A stretch of DNA of 63,283 bases, the filler included, from Basidiobolus ranarum (taxonomy: Eukaryota), in assembly GCA_040143965.1 (NCBI GenBank). It is 18 parts of 18 records of this genome, joined end to end, with 100 filler letters (N's around TTAATTAATTAA, not from the genome) between each part and the next. Parts side by side here need not be neighbours in the genome. Positions count along the whole stretch, not along the records: positions 59,879 to 63,283 come from JASJQH010009384.1; 17 more parts are not named here. One strand, written 5' to 3'. The notes under the pieces are model-generated. The model had not been told where the DNA came from, made no database searches, and saw only the letters and a program-made list of their open reading frames with translations. Shown in pieces: positions 62,115 to 63,283 of this stretch. The first letter of the stretch is position 1, and each line of letters begins with the position of its first letter. The position numbers and the translations under genes are program-made.

Positions 62115-63262
62115 TGATAAAAGGGCTTAGGGGATTTGGAAGTGTTTTGGACAAGATTTGGATTTGTGAATTAGACACTTAAGTTTTATTGAATTGAATA
62201 TGTGCTATTTATAGTTTACTATGAAATAGGACTATTGGATGTGCTTAGATCATAACAAACAAGCCTGTTAAGCATGGGTGAAAATTTGAGGTGATTTGGA
62301 GTAGTTTTGAGAAAATAGTGAAAATTGGTAAAAGTGATCTAATTGATATTTCTATCAATTAGAGCAATAAAAACATGTTTTTGAATGACAGAATTGAGTA
62401 CTAAATAATCTGAATATGAATTAACTAGCTACTAAATAATGAGTTGCTATTTACCTAATTTCAACATTACCACTCAACTAATTATTTGTATTTCTCTTAA
62501 ACCTAACTTATATCTTAATAATTCAAATTGTGCTTTAGCTAAAGGTTAGGTTAAGATATCAGCTATCATTTCTTCTGTAGGGCAATAGACAAGCTCAATA
62601 ATATCATTCTCTATAGCTTCTCTAACAACATGATGCCTAATATCTATATGTTTTGTTCTAGCATGAAATGTAGGATTTTTAGCTAATGAAATAAAACTTT
62701 GATTATCTTCAAAAAGAGTAATAGCACGTTTTTGCATGTATCCTAAGTCTGTAAATAACTTCCTTAACCACATAGCTTCTTGTGTAGTAGCAGAGGCAGC
62801 CATATACTCTGCTTCTGTAGTGGAAAGTGCTACGGTTGGTTGCTTCTTACTATTCCAAGTTATGGCTCCATTACCATAGAGAAAAGTGTATCCAGTTGTT
62901 GATCTTCTATCATCAAGGTTTCTTCCCCAGTCTGCATCACTGTAGCCTTCAAAATTTTGTGCATCAGGAGTGGCAGAGTATTCCAGAACTAGATCTACAG
63001 TTCCTCTCAAATACCTGAATATTTGTTTTACTGCAGTTTTGTGCTCAGATCCTGGATTTTTGAGGTATTGGCTGACAGTTCCCACTGCTACAGCAATGTC
63101 TGGACGTGTTCCAACCATTGTATACATTAAACTACCAACCATGGATTGATAAGGGAACTCCTGGCTTTGATTTGAGTCATTTTGGGCCAAATCGGATGAA
63201 ATTTTGATTAATTTCACATTGGGATCCATTGGTGTTGATACAGGCTTGCTATTCTCCATGTT
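62115..63262 (-). mobile_element. Younger copia family A 3' end (open RT/RNase H frame, PPT, LTR 62115-62466) inserted antisense into another family A copy
   Basis: 237-aa open frame YQSMVGSLMY...TRPDI...GYSDADW...RRSTTGY...STTEAEY...RTKHIDIR...ADILT; LTR ends TGATAAAA...TTTCAACA on the + strand. Confidence 0.93.
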
Positions 63263-63283
63263 GAGGCTTCTTTGGTTGTCTAG

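Overview
This is not one contiguous locus. It is a pseudo-scaffold of 18 unrelated contigs of about 3.4 kb, sorted by decreasing length (3437 down to 3405 bp) and joined by identical 100-bp linkers (44 N + TTAATTAATTAA + 44 N), so adjacency across linkers means nothing. The DNA is eukaryotic and AT-rich with short GT-AG introns. The housekeeping genes (DHH1, DIC1-like carrier, NAP/SET/Vps75 chaperone, SSH4-like SPRY protein, HMA/Cu-ATPase start) point to a fungus, probably an early-diverging one (inference). Much of the sequence is decayed, CpG-depleted transposons: three Ty1/copia LTR families, Ty3/gypsy chromoviruses, a CACTA/EnSpm-type family with CCCTAACA termini, Tc1/mariner elements, MITEs and a Harbinger/ISL2EU relic. 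Among these sit several unusual genes with no intron in the visible part: a close homologue of Dictyostelium Ca2+-dependent adhesion protein DdCAD-1, a bacterial-type GH129-related glycoside hydrolase, a tandem pair of secreted DUF3472-like genes (one pseudogenised), a secreted tectonin-type lectin, and a 61-aa precursor of a six-cysteine peptide with a twofold CCxxxGC repeat. All family assignments are from motif recognition by eye and need HMM/BLAST confirmation.
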